Positions 62,297 to 64,000 of a DNA stretch of 64,000 nucleotides are shown piece by piece. Position 1 is the first letter of the stretch; each line of letters starts with the position of its first letter. The notes below the pieces were generated by a model. That model was not told the origin of the DNA. It searched no databases and saw only the letters and a program-made list of their open reading frames with translations. The DNA comes from Candidatus Hadarchaeota archaeon (GTDB lineage: Archaea > CAYQAE01 > CAYVLA01). The stretch spans positions 9,636 through 73,635 of the forward strand of contig CAZUNO010000015.1 in assembly GCA_964621445.1 (NCBI GenBank), in the 5' to 3' direction. The position numbers and the translations under genes are program-made.

Positions 62297-63435
62297 ATGG
62301 ATCGTGGCCTGGATTTGGAGGACATAGAGCCTGAAACCGGGGCAAGTTGAGTATGAAGGCCAAGTAGTCCCTATTCATGGCCGTGTTTTTTGGCTATGCA
62401 ATCCTCTCTTTCACTGCCTCCGCCCCAAGAACTCTAAACGCCATTCAGAGCCTCGGCCTAACCAGCCTAACTCTTAGCGTGGCACCCCTAACACTGGCAG
62501 GGATGTCATCGCCATACTCCGCGGCTACCTTCTCCCTCCAATTCTCTAGACTAGGAGTAAAAAAGAGTCGTATTATCGGGGCGTCTCTGAGCCTTGTTTT
62601 CTGTATGGGAATCCTGTTCCACTTGTTGGGGGAGTTCTTTTGGTCTGGAAAGGGTTTCATGCCTCTCTTCTTGCAGGGGGTTGACCTTATGATCGGTGAT
62701 CACCAACTCTCATTGGTCATTGCCATGGGCGCCTTGATTGTATTGATGATAAGCCTGGCCCTGGAAATATTCAAACGGCCACATGCAAACACATCCTTGA
62801 CGCTGGACAACCAATGGACCGGTGCCCGGGTTCCACAGCGGCAAAGCTTTATTTGCCTGGCTGCTAGTTCTCTACACCTTCGCTAAAAGAGAGGGCCATT
62901 CTCTCCATAGAACCATGGCTACCTCTGTGGTATCTTTCCTGGCTCCCTACATCTACCTCGTAGCCCCCCCAGTTCCGGTCCAGCGAAAACAACCCCACTC
63001 TAGGTGCAACCGTCCGATTGGGAGCCGGTGTGTCGATATTGATTACCCTGTCCCTATTCATCGCGTTCCTTCAGGGCAAGACCAGGTAAACAGATCCACT
63101 TAGATTGTTAATGGGTACCAGTGCATTCTTCGCTACCTATGTCATTGCCAAATGCCCTAATCGACAGCTACCTATACACCGCTTACGCCATGGACTCTTT
63201 TGGCCTCATGCTTTCCGGAGTCGTTCTCATGATACTCACAATCTACCCCAAATCCAGGCAGAGTGGGCATACTCTTCTGTCTCTCCCTGGCCCTAGTAGC
63301 TATGGGCCTAGCACTGCTCAACCGACAGGAACAGTATCCCAGAGGGGGTGGAAAGAGTTCATTAATCCACACACCTCCCCCCAAACCCCCAATCTGGCAG
63401 GGCACATACCTGCCCCAGTAAAAAAACTTCCCTGA
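62297..63435 (+). pseudogene. Multi-frameshifted polytopic membrane protein
   Basis: Hydrophobic segments spread over ORFs 62377, 62822, 63105 and 63121; ATG directly after upstream TAG. Confidence 0.55.
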
Positions 63436-63602
63436 TCTCCATAGCCATCGCAACCCTGCTGGTTCTACTAACGGTACTGGGCCGCGAAAAACTAGACATC
63501 CCTTGGCCACCACTGCACCCCACAAGACCCAGTGCCCGGGCATTACTGCCTAGAAGCCCACAAATTTCTAACCCTACCCAGGGTCCGATATTTTCCTGAG
63601 TG

Positions 63603-63649
63603 TACTTGAAGTAAGGAGTAAAGGTCCTACCTCTGGTTACTTGAAGTAA
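63603..63649. promoter_or_regulatory. Two copies of palindromic TACTTGAAGTAA, 35 bp apart
   Basis: Exact 12-mer at 63603 and 63638; core TACTT-G-AAGTA is an inverted repeat. Confidence 0.55.
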
Positions 63650-63740
63650 TACCGTGCGACGTCAAGCACCCGCTCCTTCCCAGGCCCTCTGTACCACCTT
63701 ACTTTCTTGGCAGAGACGGGAAGCACGCGCCTGGAAAGAA

Positions 63741-64000
63741 TCACTTCCCTGGCTTAGCTTTTTGGAGTACTTTTTCTCCTTTTTCGGTGGTCCCGTAGAG
63801 CCTGACCTTTCCCCGGTCCGGGGTCAGGCATTTCACTAGGTCCCTCTCCCTGAGCCTCCTGAAATAGGCGGATACGGTGGCCCTTTTCAGGCCAAGATCC
63901 TGGTTTATCTCGCATGCCGCTCGGGGCCCTTCCTGGAGGATGACCATCACCCGAAACAGGCTGGGAGAGCTACGGATCATGGCCACGCTGTCCCAATCGA
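63741..64000 (-). CDS. ArsR-like winged-helix regulator (start probably just outside window)
   Basis: DWD....IRS, L..GP....EI...LG....TVS...RL....LV.C..P.....RLY..TEKG. Confidence 0.85.
   Translation of the reverse strand, partial: DWDSVAMIRSSPSLFRVMVILQEGPRAACEINQDLGLKRATVSAYFRRLRERDLVKCLTPDRGKVRLYGTTEKGEKVLQKAKPGK

Overview
Archaeal chromosomal segment, supported by an archaeal TBP, an HMf-type histone, archaeal-type rps3, glyA, RecJ/GAN, a Rad50-like ATPase, an aVLRF1-type release factor homolog, a geranylgeranyl reductase and TATA-type promoters; the lineage cannot be assigned from this window. Positions ~6-44 kb are mostly intact metabolic and housekeeping genes, with many carbohydrate-scavenging enzymes and a DtxR-FeoA/FeoB iron locus that carries its own palindromic operator. 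The most striking feature is seven dispersed paralogs of one membrane-anchored surface protein: signal peptide, GATase-like alpha/beta domain, helical stalk, and a highly conserved ALxWxYxxEW...MVRRRLY..V..T C-terminal anchor. One copy has an in-frame amber codon and another has a frameshift in its signal peptide. Other highlights are a stand-alone C4HC3 PHD-finger-like protein, an AT-rich C39 peptidase (C-terminal PIP-box-like motif) paired with an unknown protein, Rad50 without Mre11 but with an 83-aa partner, and an orphan rps3. Two decayed regions (~43.8-52.8 kb and ~60-63.6 kb) hold IS6, ThiF and RHH relics and a duplicated wHTH-TM plus membrane-protein cassette. No tRNA, rRNA or CRISPR array was recognised. 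All family calls come from motif recognition by eye, not database searches.
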